Positions 10,167-19,589 are shown, numbered from the stretch's first letter. The stretch is DNA of 64,000 nt from Parcubacteria bacterium C7867-008 (GCA_001189215.1 LFCR01000006.1:67550-131549), one strand, 5' to 3'. Translations and numbers: made by a program. The notes: generated by a model not told the origin, from the sequence alone.

Positions 10167-11018
10167 ATGGATCAACAAAACCTTTTAGCTTCTGCTGCCA
10201 CCAGCATAGAGGGACTTCCCACCGAAGTTCTTGCCTCAATCCTTGTTGGAATTCTCGTAGCAATGCTCGTGCTGCTAGCGTTCGGTGTGTTGATGGCTGT
10301 TTCTGCGTGGATCACCTACCGTAAGGCAGGAAGACCAGGATGGGCATCACTTATCCCGTTCTATAACCAGGCGGTGATGCTTGAGTTTACGAATCTCCCA
10401 CTCTGGTGGATCGTGCTTCTCTTCGTGCCAATTGTGAACATTGTAGTGTCGATCATCTTGATGCGTCGTCTTGCAGGCGTGTTTGGAAAAGGGGTTGGAT
10501 TCACCATCGGTCTCATCTTCCTCCCATTCATCTTCTGGCCAATTATCGCCTTTGGACGTTCAACCTACAGCAATACATATCCATCTGCACGCCCAATGTC
10601 TGATGTTACAAAGTGGGCACTTATCGGTCTTACGGCATGTCTGCTCTTCCAGACTGCTTTCACCGTTAAAATAGACTCATTCATTGATAGTCTTGATGAG
10701 ATTGCTCAAGAGTCTATGGAATCTGATACTTCTTATGAAGGTATGGACGATGAAAGCTTTGGATATTGTATAACTGACACCACGGTCTGCTACGACGGTG
10801 AAGTCATTCCTGGTGCAGACCCAAAAACCTTTAAAGATCTAGGTAACGGATACGGTGTTGATGCGAATCATGTATACGATGTGGGATATGTGCTTGAAGG
10901 AGCAGACCCCGCAACCTTCGTAGCGGTTAACGACGGTGGTGCCTACGATGCCAAAGATAAGGATAGCTATTACTACTGGGGTGAGGTAATCAGTGAGGAA
11001 GAAGCGCTCGGTAAATAG
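10167..11018 (+). CDS. DUF5684-like membrane domain fused to DKNYY-like repeats
   Basis: KAGRPGWASLIPFYN, FGKGVGF; C-terminal GADPKTF, GADPATF, KDKDSYY. Confidence 0.75.
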   Translation: MDQQNLLASAATSIEGLPTEVLASILVGILVAMLVLLAFGVLMAVSAWITYRKAGRPGWASLIPFYNQAVMLEFTNLPLWWIVLLFVPIVNIVVSIILMRRLAGVFGKGVGFTIGLIFLPFIFWPIIAFGRSTYSNTYPSARPMSDVTKWALIGLTACLLFQTAFTVKIDSFIDSLDEIAQESMESDTSYEGMDDESFGYCITDTTVCYDGEVIPGADPKTFKDLGNGYGVDANHVYDVGYVLEGADPATFVAVNDGGAYDAKDKDSYYYWGEVISEEEALGK

Positions 11019-11062
11019 AGGGCTTCCTGGTATGGTAGTAACAGACATGGAAAGGGCTACCA

Positions 11063-11443
11063 ATGCTGATCGGGCTGTTACGTAATGTGATCCTAGGCGA
11101 AGTCTTCTTCGTCCTCCTTGTGAACTTGGGCGCGACGGTTGCTGGCTATACGCTCGCGAAGAAACGTACGCAGACGAGCTATGAAAACATGGAGCGGTGG
11201 GGACGGGCAGCTTTTGCCATCAATACCATCCTGTTCCTAACGGTTTGCGTCTTCAAGAGGAGCGAGAACACGTCCCTGTACTGGTGGTGTGTCTCCCTTA
11301 CGGGCATCACCGTGCTCCTATCTGCAGTGCTCGTGTTCTTGAAGAAATGGGCAGATAAGAACCGCCTACACAGAAAAGTCGCAATTCCTTATGTTCTCAT
11401 CATATTGGGGGGCATCGGCACTGCCGTATTCCTCGCCAATTGA
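11063..11443 (+). CDS. four-TM hypothetical protein
   Basis: ORF with four hydrophobic segments, followed by a hairpin. Confidence 0.65.
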   Translation: MLIGLLRNVILGEVFFVLLVNLGATVAGYTLAKKRTQTSYENMERWGRAAFAINTILFLTVCVFKRSENTSLYWWCVSLTGITVLLSAVLVFLKKWADKNRLHRKVAIPYVLIILGGIGTAVFLAN

Positions 11444-11451
11444 CTATGAAG

Positions 11452-11482
11452 GGACCCGTCCGCGCATTGCACGGACGGGTCC
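11452..11482. terminator. hairpin between convergent genes
   Basis: GGACCCGTCCG / CGGACGGGTCC inverted repeat. Confidence 0.7.
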
Positions 11483-11494
11483 AATCACTTTTAC

Positions 11495-11893
11495 CTATGC
11501 CTTCTCCTCCTGAGTAACCGGAGCAATGATACCTTCGTTGATCGTCTTACGAAGCTCATTGAACTCATGGGTGAGCATAGCGAGCTTCTCATCAGTACCA
11601 TCTTCAATATCGATGAATTCGTCACGTGCAGGACCACTTGAACGAATGATCTCATCAAGCTTTAGATTGATTGCATGTGCGTCACGATTCTGAGTGTTCT
11701 GAATCAAGAACACCATGAGGAACGTAAGGATGGTGGTTCCAGTGTTTATGACGAGCTGCCAGGTATTCGAGAAATTGAAGAGGGGACCACTCGCTGCCCA
11801 TATAAGGACAAAGAGTATGGCTATTATGAATCCTGTTGGAGATCCAGTAACCCGACTCGTCTTCTGTGCAAGCTTCCGGAAGAGATCATTCAT
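11495..11893 (-). CDS. low-affinity iron permease (Fet4-like) family
   Basis: WQLVINTGTTILTFLMVFLIQNTQNRD..KLDE. Confidence 0.92.
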   Translation of the reverse strand: MNDLFRKLAQKTSRVTGSPTGFIIAILFVLIWAASGPLFNFSNTWQLVINTGTTILTFLMVFLIQNTQNRDAHAINLKLDEIIRSSGPARDEFIDIEDGTDEKLAMLTHEFNELRKTINEGIIAPVTQEEKA

Positions 11894-11911
11894 GGTGTAC
11901 CTAGAAGAGAA

Positions 11912-12124
11912 CTATGCTCCGCGCTCGTAGCACTTACAGCTGCCTCCAAATAGCTTTGCAACACCGGTCAAGATAATAAGGCTTGGCCATACGATACGAA
12001 TGATGTCTGCCGTAAGGTACCCTGTGTTACCTGCAAGAAAAGCACCACCGAAGAGAATGATAAGTATTGGCTGAACAAGGTGATGCGGACAACGACAAGA
12101 CGAGGAAGTATTAACGTGATTCAT
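11912..12124 (-). CDS. small two-TM Cys/His-containing protein
   Basis: CRCPHH N-terminus, two TMs, CKC C-terminus. Confidence 0.7.
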   Translation of the reverse strand: MNHVNTSSSCRCPHHLVQPILIILFGGAFLAGNTGYLTADIIRIVWPSLIILTGVAKLFGGSCKCYERGA

Positions 12125-12276
12125 GTACAGAAATTATATGTGTATAGGATTAAGAATAGCAGGGTATACAGGATGACTGTTGGGGCAGGTGGATAGTCTT
12201 GAAGATTGAAAAAATGACGGAATTGGGTAGGATGAGCAGAACGGACCTGCATAGGTTCGTTGCATGTTCTTAGTTC

Positions 12277-12539
12277 GCCGATGTAGCTCAGGGGTAGAGC
12301 AACTCCATGGTGGGCCGCAAAGCCCTGCCCACGTCTTCTGCGAAGAATTCGTGAATCCCGAATTACGGTTAATAGTCCCACAGGCCAAGACCGTGGCGTT
12401 CTAGATATGGGACGCCCGAACGACTGACAAGGGTATCTCTCGAAGATAAATATACAGTCTAGCCCTTCTCCAAGTGGTACAGGAGAGAAGGTGTAAGCGA
12501 AGGAGTAGGTCGGCAGTTCAATTCTGCCCATCGGCTCCA
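12277..12539 (+). tRNA. tRNA-Thr(GGT), intron-containing (exons 12277-12311 and 12500-12539)
   Basis: Joined exons give acceptor GCCGATG/CATCGGC, arm ACTCC-ATGGTAA-GGAGT, T-arm GGCAG-TTCAATT-CTGCC, CCA. Confidence 0.88.
12312..12499 (+). ncRNA. group I-like self-splicing intron (188 nt)
   Basis: 5' exon ends in U, intron ends in G, P1 with U.G pair, P7-like GACTG/CAGTC, P9-like CCTTCTCC/GGAGAGAAGG. Confidence 0.82.
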
Positions 12540-12540
12540 T

Positions 12541-13181
12541 ATGACAGAGTCTAAAACAAAGGAGCACCCATTTTCCGGTAAGACCGGAAGAATCTTGGTG
12601 CTAGTGTTCACCCTCCTTTATATAGCAGCATCCGGTATTTATTTCTTCACCACGGGTGTGAAGGAATTTACGCTGTATCTTGCTGTACTGTTAGTACTCG
12701 TAGGGCTTGTTGCTTGGACCCTACCGCGCACCAGACTTCCGGTGTGGTCTCTTTGGCTCCTTTCCATTCTCGGCCTCCTCCACGCTCTTGGTGGTGGCGT
12801 ACAGGTGAATGGTGACGTTCTATATAACTTTATTCTGATTCCAATCGTTATAACGGTTTGAATGGAATCACTCTCTGGCGCTTTGATCAGTTGGTACACC
12901 CATATGGCACTGCAGTGGCTGCACTCATTGCATACTTCTTCATTGCAAGACATGCAAAGCTTCCGCGTATCTGGATGGTTATTCTCGCAGCGTTTGTGGC
13001 AATGGGACTTGGTGCACTCAATGAAGTGATTGAGTTCATTACCAAACTCACTGTTCCTAATACAGACGTAGGTGGATACAACAACACGGCAATAGACCTC
13101 TGTACCAATATGGTCGGTGCAATTATTGGTGCTGCAATTGCTGCACTTAAGTGGGGGAAGAAGCCTCCACTTGATACTTAA
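12541..13181 (+). pseudogene. DUF2238-like membrane protein split by a frameshift near 12850 (or sequencing error)
   Basis: ORF1 (LLHALGG..LY) and ORF2 (FDQLVH, GALNEVIEF, YNNTAIDL) are halves of one family; one added base joins them. Confidence 0.7.
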
Positions 13182-13217
13182 TCTTTTTGTGGGTACATTG
13201 AGAAACGTATTTAGTTT

Positions 13218-13293
13218 GCCGAGGTAGCTCAGTTGGTAGAGCAATTGCATCGTAAGCAATGGGTCGGGAGTTCAAGTCTCCCCCTCGGCTCCA
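13218..13293 (+). tRNA. tRNA-Thr(CGT)
   Basis: Acceptor GCCGAGG/CCTCGGC, arm ATTGC-ATCGTAA-GCAAT, CCA. Confidence 0.95.
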
Positions 13294-13295
13294 GA

Positions 13296-13331
13296 AGAAA
13301 AACTGACTCTTACTAAGAGTCAGTTTTTCTT
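13296..13331 (+). terminator. intrinsic terminator after tRNA-Thr(CGT)
   Basis: AGAAAAACTGACTCTT / AAGAGTCAGTTTTTCT. Confidence 0.8.
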
Positions 13332-13379
13332 TATCAATCTCTTACCGTATCTCTATCACCAAAAAGCTATGCTCACGCA

Positions 13380-13446
13380 GCCGGCGGTTTGGTAACGTGG
13401 AGAGCTTGGTAACTCACCCACAAGGGTTCGATCCCCTTCGTCGGCG
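13380..13446 (+). ncRNA. non-canonical tRNA-like element
   Basis: 7-bp acceptor GCCGGCG/CGTCGGC, T-arm AAGGG-TTCGATC-CCCTT, shrunken D-arm, irregular arm containing TT-GGT-AA. Confidence 0.55.
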
Positions 13447-13527
13447 TAGTAGTGTGTTGACGATATCTTCCCAAGGCGTAGTATATAGAGGCCAAGCTCG
13501 TGTTTATACCAGACGTGGGTGAGAAGG

Positions 13528-13558
13528 AAGAACGGCCGAAAGGCCGTTTTTCTTTTTT
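13528..13558 (+). terminator. intrinsic terminator upstream of prfB
   Basis: AACGGCC-GAAA-GGCCGTT followed by a T-rich tract. Confidence 0.75.
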
Positions 13559-13572
13559 GCTATACTCAGCCC

Positions 13573-14454
13573 ATGAGTCCTGAAGACCGTCTCGCAGAAA
13601 TTGAACAGCTCATGATGTCCCCAAACTTCTGGAGTGATAAGGATGCTGCTCAGAAAGTAGTACGTGAATATCAATCTCTTAAAGAAGGAGGCTCTGGAGA
13701 TGGACATGACGGAGGATCAGCTACCCTTGCAATCCTTGCTGGCGCTGGTGGAGACGATGCAGAAGACTTTGCACGCATGCTCCGTGGAATGTACGAAGGA
13801 TATGCCGATGAGAAGGGATGGGCGGCACGAGAACTCCATGCAAATGAAAACAACCATGGAGGCTATCGAAATCTACTCCTAGAAATTGAAGGACGGGGTG
13901 TATACGGACGTATTAAGCATGAGGCAGGGGTACACCGATTGGTGCGCATCTCTCCCTTTAATGCGAATGATAAGCGTCAAACATCTTTTGCATTAGTGGA
14001 AGTCCTCCCAGTGCTTGCACCCAATGAGCAGACCGCACTTAATCCAGAAGAACTTGAGATCACCTTCGCTAAATCAGGTGGAGCAGGTGGACAGAACGTA
14101 AACAAAAGAGAGACCGCTGTGCGCATTACTCACACTCCAACAGGTATTTCTGTACACGTATCCAGTGAACGAAGTCAGCAAGCAAATCGCGATAAAGCCG
14201 TCTCTCTTATCCAGGCGAAGATATTTGCGCGTGAAGAAGAGAAGCGAGATGCAGAAGCAAAGGGGCGATCTATTGCTGCAACCACCGCCAATGAATGGGG
14301 TAGTCAGATACGGTCATATGTATTACATCCGTACAAAATGGTAAAAGATCATGTAACAGGCCACGAATCACATGATCCTGAGGCGGTATTAGCGGGAGAC
14401 CTTGATGATTTCATCGATGCATCCACAAACAGTGGGCAAGACACGGAGGGGTAG
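13573..14454 (+). CDS. prfB: peptide chain release factor 2 (short form)
   Basis: [11 protein letters not shown] (SPF motif), [16 protein letters not shown]. Confidence 0.93.
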   Translation: MSPEDRLAEIEQLMMSPNFWSDKDAAQKVVREYQSLKEGGSGDGHDGGSATLAILAGAGGDDAEDFARMLRGMYEGYADEKGWAARELHANENNHGGYRNLLLEIEGRGVYGRIKHEAGVHRLVRISPFNANDKRQTSFALVEVLPVLAPNEQTALNPEELEITFAKSGGAGGQNVNKRETAVRITHTPTGISVHVSSERSQQANRDKAVSLIQAKIFAREEEKRDAEAKGRSIAATTANEWGSQIRSYVLHPYKMVKDHVTGHESHDPEAVLAGDLDDFIDASTNSGQDTEG

Positions 14455-14471
14455 GGTATAATGAGCCGGTC

Positions 14472-15152
14472 ATGATCTATTTCGACAAGGTGACGAAACT
14501 CTATCGAGACGGGACTCCCGCTCTTGAAGACATCACCCTCTCGATTGCTCCTAAAGAGTTCGTTTCTATCGTTGGTCACTCAGGTGCTGGCAAGACCACA
14601 CTCCTTAAAATGCTTCTTGCAGAGGATGCACCAACCACCGGTACTGTTTATTTTGAATCAACGGATGTGCACTCCCTCCCTAAGAGCCTCCTCCATCACT
14701 ACCGTCGCAAGATCGGTATGGTCTTCCAAGACTTTCGTCTCATTCCAAATAAGACTGCATACGAAAACATTGCCTTTGCTATGGAAGCAGCAGGTCGTCA
14801 TGATGATGAGATTGCGTCAGACGTACCCCACATCCTTGATCTCGTTGATCTTGGTAGCAAAGGAGGTCATTTCCCGCACCAGCTCTCAGGAGGAGAACAG
14901 CAGCGCGTTGCTATTGGTCGTGCGATTGTGAATCAGCCTGATGTGATTGTTGCTGATGAGCCAACCGGAAACCTTGATCCGGTAAACACGTACGAGATCG
15001 TTGAAATACTTAAGAAGGTTAACGAACTAGGCACGACTGTTCTCATCACCACACACAACAAGGGTGTGGTTGATGCGATGGGCAAGCGTGTTATTACCAT
15101 GGAACGTGGACGCATCACTCGTGACGACGCACACGGACAGTATATTCTTTAG
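14472..15152 (+). CDS. ftsE: cell division ATP-binding protein FtsE
   Basis: GHSGAGKT, VFQDFRL, LSGGEQQR, ADEPTGNLD; precedes ftsX. Confidence 0.93.
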   Translation: MIYFDKVTKLYRDGTPALEDITLSIAPKEFVSIVGHSGAGKTTLLKMLLAEDAPTTGTVYFESTDVHSLPKSLLHHYRRKIGMVFQDFRLIPNKTAYENIAFAMEAAGRHDDEIASDVPHILDLVDLGSKGGHFPHQLSGGEQQRVAIGRAIVNQPDVIVADEPTGNLDPVNTYEIVEILKKVNELGTTVLITTHNKGVVDAMGKRVITMERGRITRDDAHGQYIL

Positions 15153-15155
15153 CGT

Positions 15156-16067
15156 ATGATGATGACCTTCAAGCGAATCCTTTCAGCCGGCGCGACATCC
15201 TTCACGCGCAGTGGTCTTGTGTCTTTCGCTACCGTGCTCATCATGACCGTCACACTGATCATCATTGGTGCGCTTGTACTGCTCTCCGCCGTTCTTACCA
15301 ACACCCTCACCTCAATTCAGAACAAGGTGGATGTGAACGTATACTTTGCTACCACTGCGGAAGAGAGTCAGGTACTTGCGGTAAAGACACGCCTCGAACA
15401 GCGTCCCGAGGTTGATGAGGTTACCTATACCTCTCGTGACCAATCTTTACTGACTTTCCGTGAGAAGCATCAAGACGACGTGCTCACTCTTCAGGCACTT
15501 GATCAGTTGGGAGACAATCCACTTGGCGCATCACTTGCTGTTAAGGCAAAGGACCCAACACTCTATGCCGCAGTCGTACAGTTCCTTACGGACGACACGG
15601 CAGCGAGCAGCATCATAGACCGTATTAACTACGCACAGAACAAGGTCGTTATTGAACGTCTGAGTAATGCCATTGATGCAACGCAGCGTGCTGGTCTTGC
15701 GATCGTAATCCTCTTTGTTATTGCTTCAATCATCATCGCGCTAGCAACCGTTCGTCTTGCTATATACAGCGCACGTGATGAGATCTCCGTCATGCGTCTT
15801 GTGGGAGCTTCAAACATGTACATTCGGGGTCCGTTCATTGTTGCTGGGGTTATTGCAGGACTCATATCCGGTCTGATAGCACTGGCGTTCTTCTTCCCCG
15901 TAACCTGGTACGCAGGCTATGCATTCTCAACCTGGCTTGGTGGTTTCAATCTCTTTACGTACTACGTGGTTAATTTCCCATTCCTCTTCATGGTGGTGGT
16001 TGGTTCCGGTCTTGTGCTAGGTTCTATTGCCTCATTCTTAGGAGTCCGTAGGTATCTTCAGGTATAA
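15156..16067 (+). CDS. ftsX: cell division permease FtsX
   Basis: NPL, EISVMRLVGAS..IRGPF; four TMs. Confidence 0.9.
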   Translation: MMMTFKRILSAGATSFTRSGLVSFATVLIMTVTLIIIGALVLLSAVLTNTLTSIQNKVDVNVYFATTAEESQVLAVKTRLEQRPEVDEVTYTSRDQSLLTFREKHQDDVLTLQALDQLGDNPLGASLAVKAKDPTLYAAVVQFLTDDTAASSIIDRINYAQNKVVIERLSNAIDATQRAGLAIVILFVIASIIIALATVRLAIYSARDEISVMRLVGASNMYIRGPFIVAGVIAGLISGLIALAFFFPVTWYAGYAFSTWLGGFNLFTYYVVNFPFLFMVVVGSGLVLGSIASFLGVRRYLQV

Positions 16068-16070
16068 CGT

Positions 16071-17714
16071 ATGGCAATCGAAGGACATAAGTATATATTT
16101 GTGCTCGGGGGCGTCATGTCTGGCGTTGGAAAGGGAGTAGCCGCATCAAGTATGGGTCTTATCCTGCAGCAGCGAGGATACGGAGTTAATCTCGTAAAGA
16201 TTGATCCCTATCTGAACGTAGACGCAGGAACTATGAACCCCACAGAACACGGAGAAGTCTTCGTATTGAAGAGTGGTCTTGAGACTGATCAGGACATGGG
16301 TAACTACGAGCGATTCTTGAATCGTGATCTTGGCCCAGAAGACTATATGACCTCAGGCATGGTGTATCAGAGTGTTATTAACCGTGAGCGTGCACTGGGA
16401 TACCATGGACACACGGTAGAAGCGATCCCACACGTCCGAGATGAGATTCTTGCGCGTATCGAGGAGGCGGCTTCCTACAACGGAAGCCGTATCTCTGTTA
16501 TTGAGATTGGTGGTACGGTGGGAGATTTCCAGAACGCACTCTTTATCGAAGCAGCACGTGTTATGCGTCTGAAGCGTCCCGATGATGTTCGTTTTGTAAT
16601 GGTGTCCTATCTTCCCGTACCTGGAACACTTGGTGAAATGAAGACTAAGCCAACACAGAGTGCGGTACGTGAACTTAACTCCTATGGGGTGCAACCAGAT
16701 TTTATCGTTGCTCGTTCAAAAGGTTCAATGGACGAAAAGCGAAAGGAGAAGCTTGCTATCTGGTGCAATGTACGCCCTGAGCACATTATCTCTGCGCCGG
16801 ATGTAGATTCTATTTATGATGTACCGCTTAACTTCGAGAAGGATAATCTGGGTGATCTGTTACTTGATGCACTCTCACTTCCTAAAGACAAGAAAGCTGA
16901 TTTTGACGAGTGGCAGAAGTTTGTAGACAACACTAAGATTAGTACCCCTGAATTGAAGATTGGCATTGTTGGTAAGTATTTTGATACGGGAGATTTTGTT
17001 CTTTCAGACGCGTATCTTTCAGTTATTGAAGCACTCAAGTTCTCCGGAGCAGCACTTCAAGTTAAGCCAAAGATTGAATGGATTAATGCAAAGAAGCTCG
17101 AAGGTGATGCAGATCTCAGCACTCTAGATGTATACGATGGCATTATCGTTCCAGGTGGCTTCGGGGAGACTGGTATCGAAGGAAAGATTGCTGCAGCTAA
17201 GTATGCTCGTGAAAAGAAGATTCCATACTTTGGGCTCTGCTATGGCATGCATATGCTCGTGATTGAATACGCACGTAATGTGCTTGGCTTCGATGGTGCG
17301 CACACGGTTGAAATCAATGCAGAGACTAAATATCCCGTTGTTGATGTGATGCCCGATCAGAAGGCCCATATATCTGAAGGGAAGTACGGCGGTACGATGC
17401 GTCTTGGTTCATACACCGCAAAGCTTACAGAAGGAACTATTGCGCGTGAAGCATATGGTATTGATTCAGTTGATGAGCGTCATCGCCACCGCTACGAAAT
17501 TAATCCAGAATACATTCCTCAACTTATTCAGAAGGGTCTCGTGTTCTCAGGTACTAGCCCTGATGGTGTCTTAATGGAGATTGCAGAACTTCCTAAGAGT
17601 GAGCACCCATTTATGCTTGGGTGTCAGTTCCACCCAGAACTTCAAGCACGCCCTCTTTCACCGCACCCGCTCTTCACCGCATTTCTTAAAGCATCTATTG
17701 AAAAGAAAGGGTAA
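16071..17714 (+). CDS. pyrG: CTP synthase
   Basis: GGVMSGVGKG, DPYLNVDAGTMNP, GLCYGM, QFHPE. Confidence 0.97.
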   Translation: MAIEGHKYIFVLGGVMSGVGKGVAASSMGLILQQRGYGVNLVKIDPYLNVDAGTMNPTEHGEVFVLKSGLETDQDMGNYERFLNRDLGPEDYMTSGMVYQSVINRERALGYHGHTVEAIPHVRDEILARIEEAASYNGSRISVIEIGGTVGDFQNALFIEAARVMRLKRPDDVRFVMVSYLPVPGTLGEMKTKPTQSAVRELNSYGVQPDFIVARSKGSMDEKRKEKLAIWCNVRPEHIISAPDVDSIYDVPLNFEKDNLGDLLLDALSLPKDKKADFDEWQKFVDNTKISTPELKIGIVGKYFDTGDFVLSDAYLSVIEALKFSGAALQVKPKIEWINAKKLEGDADLSTLDVYDGIIVPGGFGETGIEGKIAAAKYAREKKIPYFGLCYGMHMLVIEYARNVLGFDGAHTVEINAETKYPVVDVMPDQKAHISEGKYGGTMRLGSYTAKLTEGTIAREAYGIDSVDERHRHRYEINPEYIPQLIQKGLVFSGTSPDGVLMEIAELPKSEHPFMLGCQFHPELQARPLSPHPLFTAFLKASIEKKG

Positions 17715-17794
17715 TATTGTATTTAATAAACTTTGTGTTATAGTTTAATTAGAGTACCGTATCAGTTCGATACGGACCACTGGGAGAGACTGTA

Positions 17795-18175
17795 GTGGAC
17801 GAAATTGATATTCATCTTGGACGACGTCTCAGGCGCAGGCGCCATTTGCTGGGACTTTCCCAGCAAGAACTCGCACACGCGTGCGGGTTGCAGTTCCAGC
17901 AGATCCAGAAGTACGAATGCGCTGCGAATCGCATGAGTGCTGCTCGTCTGTGGCAGTTGGCAGAAATTCTAGAAGTACCCGTCAGCTACTTCTATGAAGG
18001 ACTCACCAGGCATCAGCGTGATCGGATTGAAGGGGAGACCGCTTCAAGCACCAACGAGGTCATTGCCAGCAAGGAGACGCAGGATCTGATCCGTGCGTAC
18101 TATCAGCTGAACGAACGCCCTCGTCGCAGGCTCCTGGACCTCGCCAAGGCAATGAACGGAGAAATCGAAGCCTGA
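17795..18175 (+). CDS. XRE-family HTH regulator, alphaproteobacterial PraR/PhrR-like
   Basis: FQQIQKYECAANRMSAARL..VPVSYFYEGL; SD-like GGGAGAG. Confidence 0.85.
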   Translation: MDEIDIHLGRRLRRRRHLLGLSQQELAHACGLQFQQIQKYECAANRMSAARLWQLAEILEVPVSYFYEGLTRHQRDRIEGETASSTNEVIASKETQDLIRAYYQLNERPRRRLLDLAKAMNGEIEA

Positions 18176-18208
18176 GCTGCAGCAGCTCTACAGATATAAA
18201 GAAAAACA

Positions 18209-18240
18209 CCGGCAGCCCCACTAGGCTGCCGGCTTCTTTT
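18209..18240 (+). terminator. intrinsic terminator
   Basis: CCGGCAGCC / GGCTGCCGG followed by CTTCTTTT. Confidence 0.75.
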
Positions 18241-18360
18241 ATGGTAACGAACCTAGAATTCAGACGTCTTATATATAGATCCCGTTAATGGGGGATAATC
18301 AAATCTTCATAGTTCCCATTGCTATACTTACTAGTATTATCGGTTTTAACAGAATCATTC

Positions 18361-18621
18361 ATGTCTCAGAACACGAAGGTAGCAGTGGCGATAGCCGTGG
18401 TTGTCGTTCTCGGCGTAGCTGCCTATTACTGGTACGCAAAAATGATGCCGCAGGAAGATACTACGTTCACCACCGCGTCTAGCACGCTTCCTTCAGGTAA
18501 CAGCACCACAGACACAAGTCTTAACGAAGATACCGCTGCTATAGATGCAGAGCTCAAAGGTCTCATTGCAGATCAAGCAACGGTAAACAGTTCAGTGGAT
18601 GATTCGGAAAAGACCTATTAG
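18361..18621 (+). CDS. small membrane-anchored hypothetical protein
   Basis: N-terminal TM, acidic tail. Confidence 0.7.
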   Translation: MSQNTKVAVAIAVVVVLGVAAYYWYAKMMPQEDTTFTTASSTLPSGNSTTDTSLNEDTAAIDAELKGLIADQATVNSSVDDSEKTY

Positions 18622-18641
18622 CAGTCGCTAAACAACTTTAT

Positions 18642-19547
18642 ATGAAAAACATAACAACACCCGCCATTGCTCTTGCAGTACTTCTCGCAACAGCACCATC
18701 TGCAGCATTTGCAGAATCAATGATGACAGCAGAAAGTCAGGGAGGTGGTGATGTGCAGATTGAGAAGCCACACAAGGGCATTGAATTACGTCTTAATGAT
18801 AAGCCAGTAAATAAAGGGAGTGGACCAACTATCAACGTTCGGAGTATCGAACGTGTAAACAGTGAGGAGGTAATGTCACCAGAGAATCCAAGCATAATGC
18901 TGAAGACGAAAGCTGGAGTATCAGCGGATACTGGCGTAGACATGCGTATCCAGAAGCTCAATGATGTTCTCATCCGTCTTGATAAGACTGAGCGCCTTTC
19001 AGACAGCGCACGCGCTTCTATCAAGGCATCAGTTACAGGACAGATTCAGTCTCTTAAGGATGTGAAGGTGAAGATTCAGGCGAACAGCACCAGCACCGTG
19101 AAGGATAAGATGAACACCACCAATCATCCATTCCGTGCTGCAGCACTCGTTCTTCCTAAGGCAGCAATCACCGCAGCGGCAGATCGCATCATGACGATCG
19201 CTGGTCAGATGGAAGCATTCTCTGCAAAGATCGATGCCCGCATCACTGCAGCATCCACCGCAGGAACTGATGTAACAGCAGCACGTGCTGCTCTCACAGA
19301 CTTCAACGCGAAGGTGGCGGATGCTAAGGTTCAGGCACAGGCAGCTATAACACTTATTGCTACTGTCTCAGCAGACAAGGAGGCCGATGAAACAACCTTC
19401 AAGGCTAATGTAGCAGCACTCAAGGAAGCACGAACAAAGATTGATGCTGCACAGGCAGATCTTAAGGCAGCTCGGGAAGATATCGGTAAGATTCTAAAGA
19501 GCATCAAAGGTAAGGGTGAAGTGAAAGCAGAAGGTTCCGTTCGATAA
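18642..19547 (+). CDS. secreted Ala/Lys-rich coiled-coil protein
   Basis: Signal peptide (AAFA), long helical composition. Confidence 0.8.
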   Translation: MKNITTPAIALAVLLATAPSAAFAESMMTAESQGGGDVQIEKPHKGIELRLNDKPVNKGSGPTINVRSIERVNSEEVMSPENPSIMLKTKAGVSADTGVDMRIQKLNDVLIRLDKTERLSDSARASIKASVTGQIQSLKDVKVKIQANSTSTVKDKMNTTNHPFRAAALVLPKAAITAAADRIMTIAGQMEAFSAKIDARITAASTAGTDVTAARAALTDFNAKVADAKVQAQAAITLIATVSADKEADETTFKANVAALKEARTKIDAAQADLKAAREDIGKILKSIKGKGEVKAEGSVR

Positions 19548-19560
19548 TACAAAGATATGC

Positions 19561-19589
19561 ACGCCCCGCCTCACACTGAGGCGGGGCGT
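19561..19589. terminator. intrinsic terminator
   Basis: ACGCCCCGCCTCA / TGAGGCGGGGCGT. Confidence 0.75.

Noticed and set aside
12121-12567. 148-aa minus-strand ORF as an intron-encoded protein
   Set aside because: It is the antisense of the tRNA and intron and has no endonuclease motifs.
13380-13446. tmRNA or selenocysteine tRNA
   Set aside because: No G3.U70 Ala identity or tag ORF, no TCA anticodon and no long variable arm.
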